From: Antedon mediterranea
Lineage: Eukaryota > Animalia > Echinodermata
DNA: 64,000 bases
NCBI RefSeq assembly: GCF_964355755.1
Contig: NC_092670.1
Span: 40,598,388-40,662,387 of the forward strand
Reading direction: 5' to 3'
The first letter of the stretch is position 1; the number at the start of each line of letters is the position of its first letter. The position numbers and the translations under genes are program-made. The notes under the pieces were generated by a model. The model was not told the origin of the DNA. It saw only the letters and a program-made list of their open reading frames with translations, and searched no databases. This document shows, in pieces, positions 51,601 to 64,000 of the stretch.

Positions 51601-54600
51601 AGTCCCCCTATGGTAAAATAAGTTATTTATAAAAGCCTTCTTAACAATTATTTTCAAAATGCATTTTTTTTCTCGTTTTTATCTGTTTTTGTATGTTATG
51701 GTATCAAAATAAATCAAATCATCTCTTGAAAATATATCCTATTGATCTCAATTTACTCATCATAATCCTGCAAGTTACTCATCATAATCCCACAAGTTAC
51801 TCATCATAAACCCGCAAGTTACTCATAATCCCGCAAGTTACTCATCATAATCCCGCAAGTTACTCATCATAACCCCACAAGTTACTTATCATAATCCCAT
51901 ACAATAAGTTGAAAGAATAAAGTGCTTACCTTGCAGTAGAGGTGAACGGATAAGATTCAAGATTTGCGAGAGGATGTCAGGTTTGATCTTAAGCATGGAC
52001 TTTGGCAGAATTCTAGCCAATGATGTGAGTAGCGTTAATGATAACTGTGAGATGTGTAGGTCTGTTTCACTGATTAATGGAGGCATCTCAACCAAGACAC
52101 CATTTATCATTGTCTCTGTTACATGCTCACCTTAAAAAAAAATAATGGAATGAGAAAAACAATAAAAAGGAGATTGTTATCTTTAAATAAGCCCTTGCTA
52201 AGTTTGCTTAAGATCCCAGAAGTCCTAAAGTTCATTTTAGAAACAGTACCCAGTTTTTGAAGTTAACATTTAAATGGTCTTTAGTTATACACTGTTCATC
52301 ACATTGGAACATATTTTCACTCTTTCTGAAACAAAATGACTGCACTTGTTAGCCAAATGGAGTGTTTAACATCAGGGGCAAAAATGTACCAGAATGCCTT
52401 AAAACAGTGTCGATATTATGATTGTGGTTTCTGGAGCCTCTGTCTCAATTTGTGATAGGCGTCTTAAACTAAAAAGTAGTATATTGAAAGAAATGTGTAT
52501 ACTTACCATAGTTAATAATTAGAATGTTCAAACAAGCTAAAGTGGAAAGTTTGAGAGCTCTGTGATTCTTTCTCAAGAATGACGCTAGTATTGGCATTCC
52601 ATTGTTCTACATAAAACAATATTTTATTTCGTTAATGACTTTTTTATTTTCATATCTAAGTAAATAGAATTCAAAGGGCCATAGTCATTGAATTGTATTA
52701 GCTGATGACATTTTTATTTCAAAATTTTAGTTTGTATATATTTTTTGCAATCAGGGGAGGAGTCAAGGGGGTCCAGTCGCCCTGGACCCCACTAAATTGG
52801 GGAGGAGTCAAGGGGGTCCAGTCGCCACTAAATTTTGCAAATGATAGGACATCAAATTAAGTTCAGCACTTCATTTCACTACCTTTAGGCCCTGGACACA
52901 AATGACGGAATAAAAGAAACTTACTAGGATGGATGAGATGTCTAATTTGAGGGGAGACGAAGCAATTAACGTAAGAGCCTTCACTGTTGTGAGTCGTGTG
53001 ATTTCATTCTTCAGACGTTCCAGAAATATTGGCAAACAAACATTTAACTCAGAAGTCAGGTGATCACCGAGGTTTGCTATGATTTGGCTCCTGATATTTA
53101 CAAAAACAAAAGAGAATGTTAAGCTCTGTCTACACTATCAAAGTTTTAAAAAGTGTGATGTGCTCAAATATGGTAGCCATGTACCCAAATATGGTGGTGA
53201 TATGCCCAAATATGGTAGTGATATGACATCATCATGTCCATATATATATATATATATATATATATCATTTTTTTTTTCACATAAAGTTTGATAGTGTAGA
53301 CAGAGCTTTAAATAACCCATTTAAAAAAAAGTCATATACATGTATTGGTAACTATTTGGGAACTGGACACACTAGGCTAATGTGTCTGTCTATGTCTGGT
53401 AGTCTGGTATGAAGTTGGATTATCATTTAAACCTTAAGAAAAGTTAGGGAGAGTTTCCAATTTCAGGGAGTGCGGTATTGGGAGAGTTGACTTACATGCA
53501 AGAGATGGCACGTTCTTTGACCTCTTGATCGATGTCTGCTGCCCTCAAACGTGTCAATGTACAACTGTAGAGATCCATCACATATGGAGTAAAATCAAAT
53601 GATACTTCACAATCTACAGAAAGCAAAGCAAAATACATTGACAAATTTATCTTTTATTGAATTTATTTCTTATTTATTTCTAATCAGATGCCATATTATG
53701 ATGAGCCACTGTGCTTTATTGAGTGATTGCTTAAGAAACAAATAGGATCTAGTAAGTGTATACTTACCAAGTGGCCTTATCACTTGTATCATAGTCTGCG
53801 TAACCAATAAGGCTTCAGATGTGATCTTATAGAATGGATCTCCCACAGCGCTTACAACATGCTGTTAACAATATAAATTGTAATCATTCCAATACAAAAT
53901 CATTTATGGTCTTACACATTTGTTGGAATTACAATACTCCTTTTTTATAAATAAAGATGTGGTATAAGTTCTGCTATTTAGGTAATCAATCAATGAAGTA
54001 ATGCTAGGCAAGTACAGTAATGCTAGGCAAGTACAGTAATGCTAGGCAAGTACAGTAATGCTAGGCAAGTACAGTAATGCTAGGCAAGTACAGTAATGCT
54101 AGGCAAGTACAGTAATGCTAGGCAAGTACAGTAATGCTAGGCAAGTACAGAAATGCTAGGCAAGTACAGTAATGCTAGGCAAGTACAGTAATGCTAGGCA
54201 AGTACAGTAATGCTAGGCAAGTACAGTAATGCCAGGCAAGTACAGTAATGCTAGGCAAGTACAGTAATGCTAGGCAAGTACAGTTGAGTAGAATATAAAG
54301 TAGTAAAAAAGGGTTATTAGTACAGTTAGACAAAATAAATAAAACTCACTGATATGAGGACTTTGATATGATTGTGAAACACATGAGGAGTGTGATTACA
54401 CATCAGACAATTAAGAAATGCTAAGGTATCAATCTTCATGTTTGAACTGCTATTCTTGTCACTAAAACGAACCAGAAAATGATCTTTAGCATATTTTTTT
54501 TATTAAAATATGGATGTTTCAAACCATCTTGGTACCACTCAAAATATCAAATTGAACACCAATCGGTGACTAGCAAAATTCAATTTTAAACATTTATTAG

Positions 54601-57600
54601 TCTGCATTTATATGTCTTTCACATCACACCTGTGTTGATGCAACATTGTTAACTCCATATTTTTGCAAGGTGAAAAGGACATTACATATTATAAAAATGA
54701 TATCAAAAGCAACTCATCATTACTGACATTTCAACTTTCTTTTCTTTTTCTGTTACGAATCCAACAGCAAGTAACTCCCCAATTACAGGATGGATAAATT
54801 ATTTTATAACTTATCGTGCTTATAAAGTCTCATTTGAGGCTTAGGGAGTGGAGTTGAAATAGTCATGAGTTACAACCCTGGCACTAGGTCAGGATTGAAC
54901 CACTACATTTAATAACCTACCCAAGTGAAAATTGCACCCCAGGCACCAGTGCAGCAATGTGGTTATTAAGTGATCCAGGCACCACATGGATCAGCTCTGT
55001 GAGCAGCGCAAAGCATCCCTGACGCGTCTTAATACTCTTCTCTTTCATTTGTCTGTGAACAGCTTTCACAATATCAGGTATCTGCTGTCTCAACATAGAC
55101 ACTGGCCTGTGGAAGATAATTATGTATCTCATCATGGATACTGAACCACTAAAGAAAACTGAATCTAATTAAAATTATTGTAAAAATAACCTACTAAGGG
55201 GAACACATGACCATAATAGGTAAAAATGTATTTTATAAATTGAAAGTATGAAAAATCTGAAATAGCTAATAAAAATTAAAGAAATAAATAGATAAGGATG
55301 TGACTACAGACCCTTCCTCTTGGTCCATGGCGTCTGGATCGACAAAGGCCGTGTGTGCTGGTCTTGTCTGCTTCAATAGTGTGATGAATGCTTGAAAAAT
55401 ATCGGACTTTACATTCTCTTCTCTTTCTATAAATCATAAATTAAGAATCATTTTAAACTACCAACAATAAGGAAAAATACATTCTTTCTAAAGGAAACCT
55501 ACATTATGATTTAGTCACTAACATAATTAAGCTTCTTAAGGCTAATTTACACAGACAAGCGATAAAGGTAATACTAATATAGAAATATTACTTATGTTTT
55601 GTGCTCAGGATAGATACAGATTCTACATGGGACAAGCTACACGGTTTTGTGCTCAGGATAGATACAGATTCTACATGGGACAAGCTACACGGTTTTGTGC
55701 TCAGGATAGATACAGATTCTACGTGGGACAAGCTACACGGTTTTGTGCTCAGGATAGATACAGATTCTACATGGGACAAGCTACACGGTTTTGTGCTCAG
55801 GATAGATACAGATTCTACATGGGACAAGCTACACGGTTTTGTGCTCAGGATAGATACAGATTCTACATGGGACAAGCTACACGGTTTTGTGCTCAGGATA
55901 GATACAGATTCTACGTGGGACAAGCTACACGGTTTTGTGCTCAGGATAGATACAGATTCTACATGGGACAAGCTACACGGTTTTGTGCTCAGGATAGATA
56001 CAGATTCTACATGGGACAAGCTACACGGTTTTGTGCTCAGGATAGATACAGATTCTACGTGGGACAAGCTACACGGTTTTGTGCTCAGGATAGATACAGA
56101 TTCTACATGGGACAAGCTACACGGTTTTGTGCTCAGGATAGATACAGATTCTACATGGGACAAGCTACACGGTTTTGTGCTCAGGATAGATACAGATTCT
56201 ACATGGGACAAGCTACACGGTTTTGTGCTCAGGATAGATACAGATTCTACATGGGACAAGCTACCTGGTTTTGTGCTCAGGATAGATACAGATTCTACAT
56301 GGGACAAGCTACACGGTTTTGTGCTCAGGATAGATACAGATTCTACATGGGACAAGCTACACGGTTTTGTGCTCAGGATAGATACAGATTCTACATGGGA
56401 CAAGCTACACGGTTTTGTGCTCAGGATAGATACAGATTCTACATGGGACAAGCTACCTGGTTTTGTGCTCAGGATAGATACAGATTCTACGTGGGACAAG
56501 CTACACGATTTTGTGCTCAGGATAGATACAGATTCTACATGGGACAAGCTACACGGTTTTGTGCTCAGGATAGATACAGATTCTACATGGGACAAGCTAC
56601 ACGGTTTTGTGCTCAGGATAGATACAGATTCTACATGGGACAAGCTACACGGTTTTGTGCTCAGGATAGATACAGATTCTACATGGGACAAGCTACACGG
56701 TTTTCCTTACCGCTTGTCTGTGTAAATTTGCCGTACAGAAACTCTGTCATTCTGCATTTATTATGGTTGTAACTGTGTGAGTTTATATTGTTTAACATAC
56801 GTAATTCACCCATATGCTGATAAATATGTTTTCTATATTTGAATAATATTAATAAAATAAAATATGTAAATAATAAAACATTTTAACAAAATAACAAAAT
56901 GAAATTGAACCTTTGAATCGTGCAACAAGAGCTGGTGATACGGTTTTGTAGAAATCTGATAACATCTCATGACGTGTTCCCATGGTAGCTTGTAAACATT
57001 TAGCCGACGCACGTCGTACTTTCCAACTCATGTCATCATCGTCGCTGTATTCATCATCACTCTCCCTACAACAACAATTTTAAAGCAATAATAATAATAT
57101 ACATTTGAGGATGATGTATTTGATTCATTTGTTAATATGTGAACAAAGAGAAAAGAGTGTATGACAGGCCATTGTAGAGACACTAAGTAGATGATAAATC
57201 AATATGCACATGAGAATAAATGGCCATAAACTTACCCTTCATCATCGTCATCTAAATTGTCAGCGTCCATTGCATTTTCATCATCATCCTCATCAGCATC
57301 ATCGTAATTATAGTTAGGATCATAGCACAAGTACTCCAGACAAAGTTCAATAATCTAAAATAAACACAAAAGAGAATGTTAACATTGGGTTCTATTCATC
57401 CATTATACTTCCTGTGTTGTTGGAACAAGTATACACAATTTTATCTGATAATCACTTTATGTCTCTATTGCTACAGCACTGTTCATTATGTGCTCACAGT
57501 ATAAATAGCACCCTCTATTGTTTGGGTGCAGTAGGAACCCTGTTTTTGAATGGAAACCAAGGAACAAGTATACTCAATTTTATGTCTCTGTTGCTAGAAC

Positions 57601-60600
57601 ACTGTTCCATCATGTGCTCCAAGGTATACATTTATATAGCACCCTCTATTTTGTGGGGGTAGTAGGAACCATGTTTTTGGAATGGAAATAAAAATTTGGC
57701 ACCCTCTATTATTTTTGGCAAACCATATTGGTAACTAAAGAACAAAAGCTTACCGTCAGTATGTGAGGTGAGACTTCCTTTGGACAACGTCGGACAAATG
57801 ATTCAAAAGCCTAAAAGAAGAGTAGAATAAATAAAAAAATTACACAAACCATCAGTGGTGTTGGTGCTGCTTACGTGGTTAATAGAGAGGAATAAAATAG
57901 TACAAAAACTTAATTGAACACCCCTATTGAACAATAGGACAGTCTGTGCCAACTCTACCCTCTAGTGTAGGAAAATTTCAATTTATCAGCTAGGCACGGA
58001 ATAGACCATAGTCATTTAATAGTTAATACGAATACATCATAAGAATAACCAAAGGCAAAAATTTAGACAGTTTTAGAAAAATGAATTTTACTCAAATAAT
58101 AGTAGAACTCTTCTGACCTGTATGCAGTATTCTCTCAGTTCATCATCGCCCTCAACTTTAGAAAAGCTGATGGTCAATGGTAGAATACGTTCCAAATGTT
58201 GACCAATACGATGACCAGCATGTCGGCTACAATAAACAATTCATTTTAAACGGCACATAATACAATAAATATAATAACCTACTGCAGTAACTGCAGTATA
58301 TTGCTTTATTTTCTAAAAATAAAATATTATATCCCATTTTAAATATTTTATTTTGTTAAATTTAAATGGTTACTAAAGCAGCTCTATCTACACTATAAAT
58401 CTTCATGTGCAAAATGTGATGTGCCCATGTATGGCCACAATATCACTACCATATTTAGACACATCACTTTTTTGTCAAACTATTTTGATAGTGTAGACAG
58501 AGCTTAAATGTTGAGAAGACTGAATGCATACATACCAGATAGCTCCAATGCATTGAATGAATGTCCTTGTGTAAGATACATTAGTGTTATTAGTAAGTTG
58601 TTCTAGTAAGTGATCCATAAGTTTCTGGAATAGCGAAGCACAGCAGCTCATTACCAATTGGCCTGTGAGAGCAAAAAGAATAAACCTTAATAATAATATA
58701 TGGAACTACAAATTTGGATTTACAATTCTCTTCCTAAAGCTCTGTCTACACTATCAAACTAGTTCGACAAAGTGATATGCGCAAATATGATAGTGATATG
58801 AAGCCATCGTGTTTATATTTGGGCAGATCACTTATTTTTTGTCAAATAAAGTTGGATAGTGTAGACAGAGCTTCAGTCTAACTTCTAGACCTTTTTACAT
58901 CATTATGCAAATATATAGGCAGACTGGAAGATTTTTTAAAATATTAAATGATTTGGCCATAGATGAATATTTATATTTACTATTACTAATACTATTAACT
59001 TAGGATGAGCTAGAAAAGCCTGATATGAATTTCTGTTAGCCCCACTAAAATCTGAACACATACCTAGAGCTAGTATAGCTCTTTTGCGTACAGCCATCCT
59101 TGCACTGGTCAGCTGCGGGAGTAAAGCCTCTAAAATGGATGCATGGAAGTTGAGAAGAAGGCCGCCAAACCGACTCAGTAAATCACCAAGAATATCAAGC
59201 GCCTCTAGCTTAACTGATACATCCTCTTGCTGTAGAATTAAAAAGATTTTAATTAAAAAGGTTTTAAAAAATGATGAAAAATGTTAAAATATAATTATAA
59301 TAAAAATAATTTAAAAAAAATGTCATTAACATCTAACAGCGGGAAGCCCGCCACTTACAGAATGGAACACGAAAAATAAAATATATAATGACATTTATAT
59401 GATGAATTTATAATATATTTATCTATACATGATTGAATAAGTGACATTATATGAGATAACTTTTATTTTATGTGTAAGCCACCAAATTTTAGCTTAGTAT
59501 TTTTGTAATTTTGTCCAAAGAACAAAAATTCAGTGGTTTGTCAACTTTTTGAATAAATACAGTACCTTTGATATCGCGCTAGTGAGCCTGCCAGTGATGC
59601 GTTTACAGATGTTGGCAGCTAGAGGACTTGAAGCTGGTGGCAACTCATTAATAACAGTCTTTAAACCTAAATAATTCATAAAAAAGTAATCATATTACAT
59701 CTAATGATGCCAACTGCATATGAATACTCTTAAAACTCTATGAAAACCAGAAATTATCCTAATACCAGACTTTTCTTTAGATTCAAAAATGTCTCAAATA
59801 AATTTTTACCATTAAAAACACATTCAGCCTAAAGGTGTCCAGTATTGGGAGCGTTGACTGTAACCAAATTAATAATTACTTACCGATGCTTGATATATCT
59901 CTTAATTGTTCCTTATCTGAGAGCATGTTACTGCAAAGTGTATCAACAATCGTCTCCACCTGGAACTCTTTCACTTTGGATACCAACGGACCAAGACTAA
60001 AATAACAAGTAAAATAATAATTAAATGGTTAAGGGGTTCAAGCATTGGTAGGATAGGATAGACAGGTGCTTTTTTCTTTACAAAGAAAATGAAAGAAGTT
60101 GTCATTGTCATATTATTATTATTAATATTATGTTTTTGTATGAATTCAAATAAATAAACAAAATGAAAAGAAAGCATTTCAACATTTTACAGATAAAAAT
60201 TAATTTGCTTTTTAGAGCTTATATTGAATTACACACATGGAATGGTAGGCAGGAAATTAAGAATTTAAGAATGATCTTGTTTTTACCATTTCACTGCAAG
60301 ATTCTGAACTTCTCCGTTCTTGTCTTCGAGGAGTTTTAGTAACATTCTGACCACCTGTATGCAAATGAGTAAAAATTATTTAGAAATTATTAAGATAAAC
60401 AATTAAATTTGTTGCTACAAATCTGAATTAGAATTAATCATTTTTATTTAACTTTATTTGGGCCTAGAAAGGGAAACCTTCTAGCTAAACCTGCAGGCCA
60501 GCTGACATCTAGCTGAGATGGATACAGCAGGATAATAACTTGCCTTTTTCTCGCTGTCGTCATCCAATTTTATAGAATCCTTTTGCAACTCTGTCATTAA

Positions 60601-60934
60601 ATCATTCGTTGCCATGAATCGAAAATCTTTATCATTTGATGTCATCTGAAATCAAATATATACAATTATAACAGTAATAAAAGAAACCCTGTATGGATCC
60701 CTATGTAGATTAAATTGCATACCAGGCCTAGGGGATTTCATACTAAGCCTAGGTAGGTGGTCTAGGACCTAGAGTCAGGCCCACATTCGTCTTTACCGGC
60801 TTATTCTTCTACCTCGTCGGGTAGGCCTAGCTTAGGCTCCCTACTTTCTTACCGGTATTTATGTTGATTTTTGCAACTATATAACCGCTTACCTTTTCAA
60901 GTAAATTTGAAATGTGGTATGATACACTCGCCAT
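45691..60934 (-). CDS. CAND1: Cullin-associated NEDD8-dissociated protein 1, 32 coding exons, ~1244 aa
   Basis: Starts [48 protein letters not shown]; contains [68 protein letters not shown] and [16 protein letters not shown]; ends MDTS*. Exons: 60934-60893, 60645-60544, 60354-60287, 59996-59884, 59666-59566, 59229-59064, 58662-58536, 58226-58118, 57810-57754, 57354-57236, 57065-56911, 55426-55312, 55106-54921, 54461-54350, 53861-53768, 53613-53496, 53090-52925, 52606-52507, 52130-51930, 51542-51382, 50647-50552, 50365-50298, 49919-49825, 49649-49546, 49164-49103, 48802-48688, 48508-48434, 48297-48037, 47763-47653, 47393-47333, 46322-46176, 45818-45691 (sum 3735 nt). Confidence 0.97.
46435..47042. 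repeat. 61-bp minisatellite x10 (CAND1 intron)
   Basis: AAGTTGCGGTTAGTCATGTGTCCATGCTACAATCGCTGTACAGATAGGCTGCTACATTAGT. Confidence 0.95.
50732..50940. repeat. 55-bp tandem repeat x~3.7
   Basis: AATGGTGCTCACAGAGATGAGACAGTGACTTGTACATTAAGTTCACATCTAGTT(C/A). Confidence 0.9.
51003..51123. repeat. 29-bp tandem repeat x4
   Basis: AAAAGTAAATGAATGAGGCAGGATCACCT. Confidence 0.9.
51195..51362. mobile_element. MITE family A copy with an expanded internal 21-bp array (x5)
   Basis: TCACTACCATATTTAGGCATG x5 from 51215, then AGTTTGATAGTGTAGACAGAGCT. Confidence 0.8.
51752..51900. repeat. ~22-bp tandem repeat x~6.5
   Basis: AAGTTACTCATCATAATCCCGC with variants. Confidence 0.9.
53122..53307. mobile_element. 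MITE family A full-length copy with TTA TSD (PIF/Harbinger-like)
   Basis: TIR AGCTCTGTCTACACTATCAAA at both ends, TTA at 53119-53121 and 53308-53310; internal 21-bp repeats and a (TA)n tract. Confidence 0.85.
53997..54285. repeat. 19-bp minisatellite x15
   Basis: AGTAATGCTAGGCAAGTAC. Confidence 0.95.
55596..56703. repeat. 48-bp minisatellite x~23 (CAND1 intron 11)
   Basis: GTTTTGTGCTCAGGATAGATACAGATTCTACATGGGACAAGCTACACG; explains the three long repetitive ORFs. Confidence 0.96.
58380..58504. mobile_element. MITE family A copy
   Basis: AGCTCTATCTACACTAT / ATAGTGTAGACAGAGCT. Confidence 0.8.
58738..58872. mobile_element. MITE family A copy
   Basis: AGCTCTGTCTACACTATCAAACT / AGTTGGATAGTGTAGACAGAGCT. 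Confidence 0.8.
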
Positions 60935-61300
60935 TTTTCGTTATTTTTCGAACTACCTTCTGTAGAAAGTTTCAAAAAGACGTGAAATTAATTTGCACCG
61001 AAATTTCATGGGAGTGGACGTGCTTTACGGACAGGCCACCTCGCTCTTCATTCTCTGCTCTTTCATGCATTTCGAAGACATGACGAATATTTTGCGTTAC
61101 CAACGCGTTCCAGATTCGATTCGATGCCGAGGCTTGTCTGTGCAAAATGTGCATGGCCCCCTCTACGTTTGGATCTCAATGATGGATTTGATAAATCCGT
61201 CGCCGCCGCCATAGCTCAGCCAGGCTTTTGAGTAGAAGCGAAGAAAAGGTTTTATAGTGATTATCATAATATACTTTATCCAGATTGCTTTGCCATTTTC
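60935..61300. promoter_or_regulatory. CpG-richer CAND1 promoter region, probably bidirectional
   Basis: Local GC/CpG increase; YY1-like CGCCATTTT overlapping the CAND1 ATG and further GCCAT motifs at ~61207 and ~61292. Confidence 0.5.
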
Positions 61301-63149
61301 TTGGTCTTTTTTACCTCAGTTTATCATGTGAATATTTGATAATAATACATTATTAAGGTTAGTAAGGTTTGATAATATTATTTTATTGAATAATAGCGTA
61401 GAAAACAGCAGTTTAATAATTATTAATCCCATGCTAGGCCGGAGAAACATCGAAGCTGTAGCATTCTGCTGTGAGCTTAATCCAGCGAGTGGATTACCAT
61501 TGTTTGTGCTTCGTATCTCACGGATTCCTTTCGTTTGAAGCTGGATTTAACCTTTCATTATTATGTTCAAGCTAACGCGATAGAATAATAAACCTACCAG
61601 TAACTGATATTAGTTTGGAATAATAATTTCAAGAAGATTAGCAAGATTATTTAATCCAATGTTTGGAAATGATCCGTGAATTTGGTTCTGCTTGACAAAG
61701 ACGATCTGCTGTGCATGATCGGCTGATCGACGTCAAGGTTGGGCGGCGATAACATATCTTCTTACCATATCTGGGTGTACAAAAATACTACACAGTTGGG
61801 GTATCCACTACACAGTTATGTGAGGTTTAGGCCTAATCCTGATTTTTTTTTTATGGAATTTTACTATTTTTATAAAAAAATATTTTAAATATAGACCTTT
61901 TTTAAATGCTGTATTAGCTTTTATTTCATAACCTTGATTCGGCTCACATCTGTGTAGGATTAATTGCATTAATAATGATTATATTATTTTTTATTTTAAT
62001 GTATAATATTTGTTTGTTTCTTTATTTCCATTCAAAAACAAAAAAAATAAACATACATAAATATTCATTACAAAAATGCTTATACAGTATATATTAATAC
62101 TTACAGTATGTACAGTACTGTAACTAACTATTTATACATCAAAATGCAAATTATTTAATTTGAAATATAAATTATGAAGACTAATTGTATACAGTAGGTT
62201 TTCGAAGTGTATTTATTTGTCGTTTTTAAGATCATAAATTAAAAACAAATTATTAAAAAAGCATTGTATACTGTACTTATTAATTTAATTATGTATGACC
62301 TATGACCTAATGAACATGAATTTATGATGAATGAATACATTAATATTTGCCCTTGATTGTTTTAAACGATATCCAAGCAGCATCACATTAATCACATTAT
62401 GATGTCATTCATTAATCATCATTTTGTCTTTCTTAATTTTGTTCACAATCCTTAAGACTTAAAGATTAAGTCTAATAATACATTTAAAAAAAAGTAAAAA
62501 CATAAAATCTATAATATTTATAAAATTTAGTTATCTTAATTTAAAGATTTCTTGTTTTCAATCCCATAATGCTAGTGAAAGTGAAAACATAAAATATGAT
62601 ACTGTACATTACATAATATACTGTATTAGAACATAAAACATTTACATTTTATTAAAAGCTTACAGTATCTTAGTTTAATAAGGATTTCTTGTTTTCAATC
62701 CCATAATACCTCTCATCGTGAATAAACATAGAAGAACAGATTAAATTTAAATAAAAAAGGAAATAAAAGTTGTATTCTGTACTGTATCAGTAAGGTAATA
62801 TGAAATTAGACTTGATATAAATAGGTGGTGTTTAGCAGCCCACAGCAGACAGGAACCAGGAGAAGGAGAGAAGGATATTAATTTAACTTTATTATTGACG
62901 TTCATCCTGCTGTAACAATGTCAAGTTGCAAGTTAATAATGTACCGTACTTAATTTAGTTAATACTGTAATATTTTATATTTAAGTACATTCATTCATGG
63001 TCAACATGGCTTAATATGATACGACCCTGTGTGAAGACACCTTTGGAACTACTAGTGTAACAATATGTCACCATAATTGGGATACTACTGTATCTCCTGA
63101 ATAGGGATTAACCATAGTGCTAATACATTCTTTGTCTTTGTGTCACAGG

Positions 63150-63390
63150 AAAGTGTTCCTTTAATATTAGGTTTAGTGCAAATAGTGTGTGCGACGCATG
63201 GTGGGTACGGCTTTGGAGCAAATTTCACGACATGTACAGTACGTGATTTGTTGTACGTACATACACGTTGTGCCGTTTGCTCCCATCATGCTTTGTGCAA
63301 TGACGTTCCTCGCGAAATCAAGCCATTTGCAATAAACCTTACAGTACTTCGTAGGGTTTTCCTTCAATAAGGATGTACAGTACCAAAAAG
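63150..63390 (+). other. Candidate exon of a divergent plus-strand gene (5' UTR, perhaps first codons MYSTKK)
   Basis: Pyrimidine tract and CACAG acceptor at ~63130-63148, CpG-rich interior, and GGATGTACAGTACCAAAAAG|GTTTCC donor-like end. No homology recognised. Confidence 0.3.
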
Positions 63391-63447
63391 GTTTCCGCTG
63401 TTGTAAAAATAAATTTGTCTCAGATTAAATATATATTTAAATTGAAA

Positions 63448-63862
63448 TTACAGTACTGTATCTACAGTACTGTATCTACAGTACTGTATCTACAGTACTG
63501 TATCTACAGTACTGTATCTACAGTACTGTATCTACAGTACTGTATCTACAGTACTGTATCTACAGTACTATATCTACAGTACTGTCAGTACTGTATCTAC
63601 AGTACTATATCTACAGTACTGTCAGTACTGTATCTACAGTACTATATCTACAGTACTGTATCTACAGTACTATATCTACAGTACTGTCAGTACTGTATCT
63701 ACAGTACTATATCTACAGTACTGTATCTACAGTACTATATCTACAGTACTGTCAGTACTGTATCTACAGTACTATATCTACAGTACTGTATCTACAGTAC
63801 TATATCTACAGTACTGTCAGTACTGTATCTACAGTACTATATTCTACAGTACTGTATCTATA
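63448..63862. repeat. 14-bp satellite with a palindromic core
   Basis: (TACAGTACTGTATC)n with variants TACAGTACTATATC and CAGTACTGT; TACAGTACTGTA is self-complementary. Confidence 0.93.
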
Positions 63863-64000
63863 CTATACATCTGCTGCACATTCCCTAATTATGACTTACA
63901 GTAGTGTACTGTAGTTATGATAATTGAGCCCTCTATAATGACACCAATTAGAACTGCTTACAGCTGCTAATCGCATACAGTACAGTGTGATATTTAAATT

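Noticed and set aside
55588-56772. Three long ORFs (367-392 aa) of 16-aa repeats
   Set aside because: By-product of a 48-bp minisatellite lacking stops in three frames, inside CAND1 intron 11; no sign of codon-level constraint.
63373-63888. 171-aa ORF with YCIYSTVSTVLYLQ repeats
   Set aside because: Read-through into the 14-bp satellite; only the first six codons might be exonic.

Overview
AT-rich, intron-rich animal genomic DNA, probably a marine invertebrate (inferred from a Deu/Nin-type SINE and the repeat landscape); no prokaryotic features or CRISPR. From left to right: (1) the 5' exons of an unidentified minus-strand gene running off the left edge; (2) a ~17-kb block (~10250-27270) holding a FAM167-like gene (-) and a divergently oriented 10-exon sialin/SLC17A5-like gene (+); (3) a tRNA-derived SINE near the junction; (4) a tandem second copy of the block (~28590-43420) in which FAM167 is disrupted while SLC17 keeps an intact ORF, has lost the upstream regions, and has gained two foldback/MULE-like insertions, one nesting an array of 16 TTGCGCAA palindromes; (5) a complete 32-exon CAND1 gene (-, ~1244 aa) with two GC-AG introns and many intronic minisatellites; (6) a probable divergent gene starting at the right end. 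Other items: MITE families, LINE 3' fragments, a perfect 136-bp palindrome interrupted by an RTE insertion, and likely Tc1/mariner excision footprints. I see no clearly new biological system. The most interesting signal is the asymmetric, repeat-associated divergence of the duplicated FAM167/SLC17 pair. All coordinates and counts were read by eye, with no searches run.
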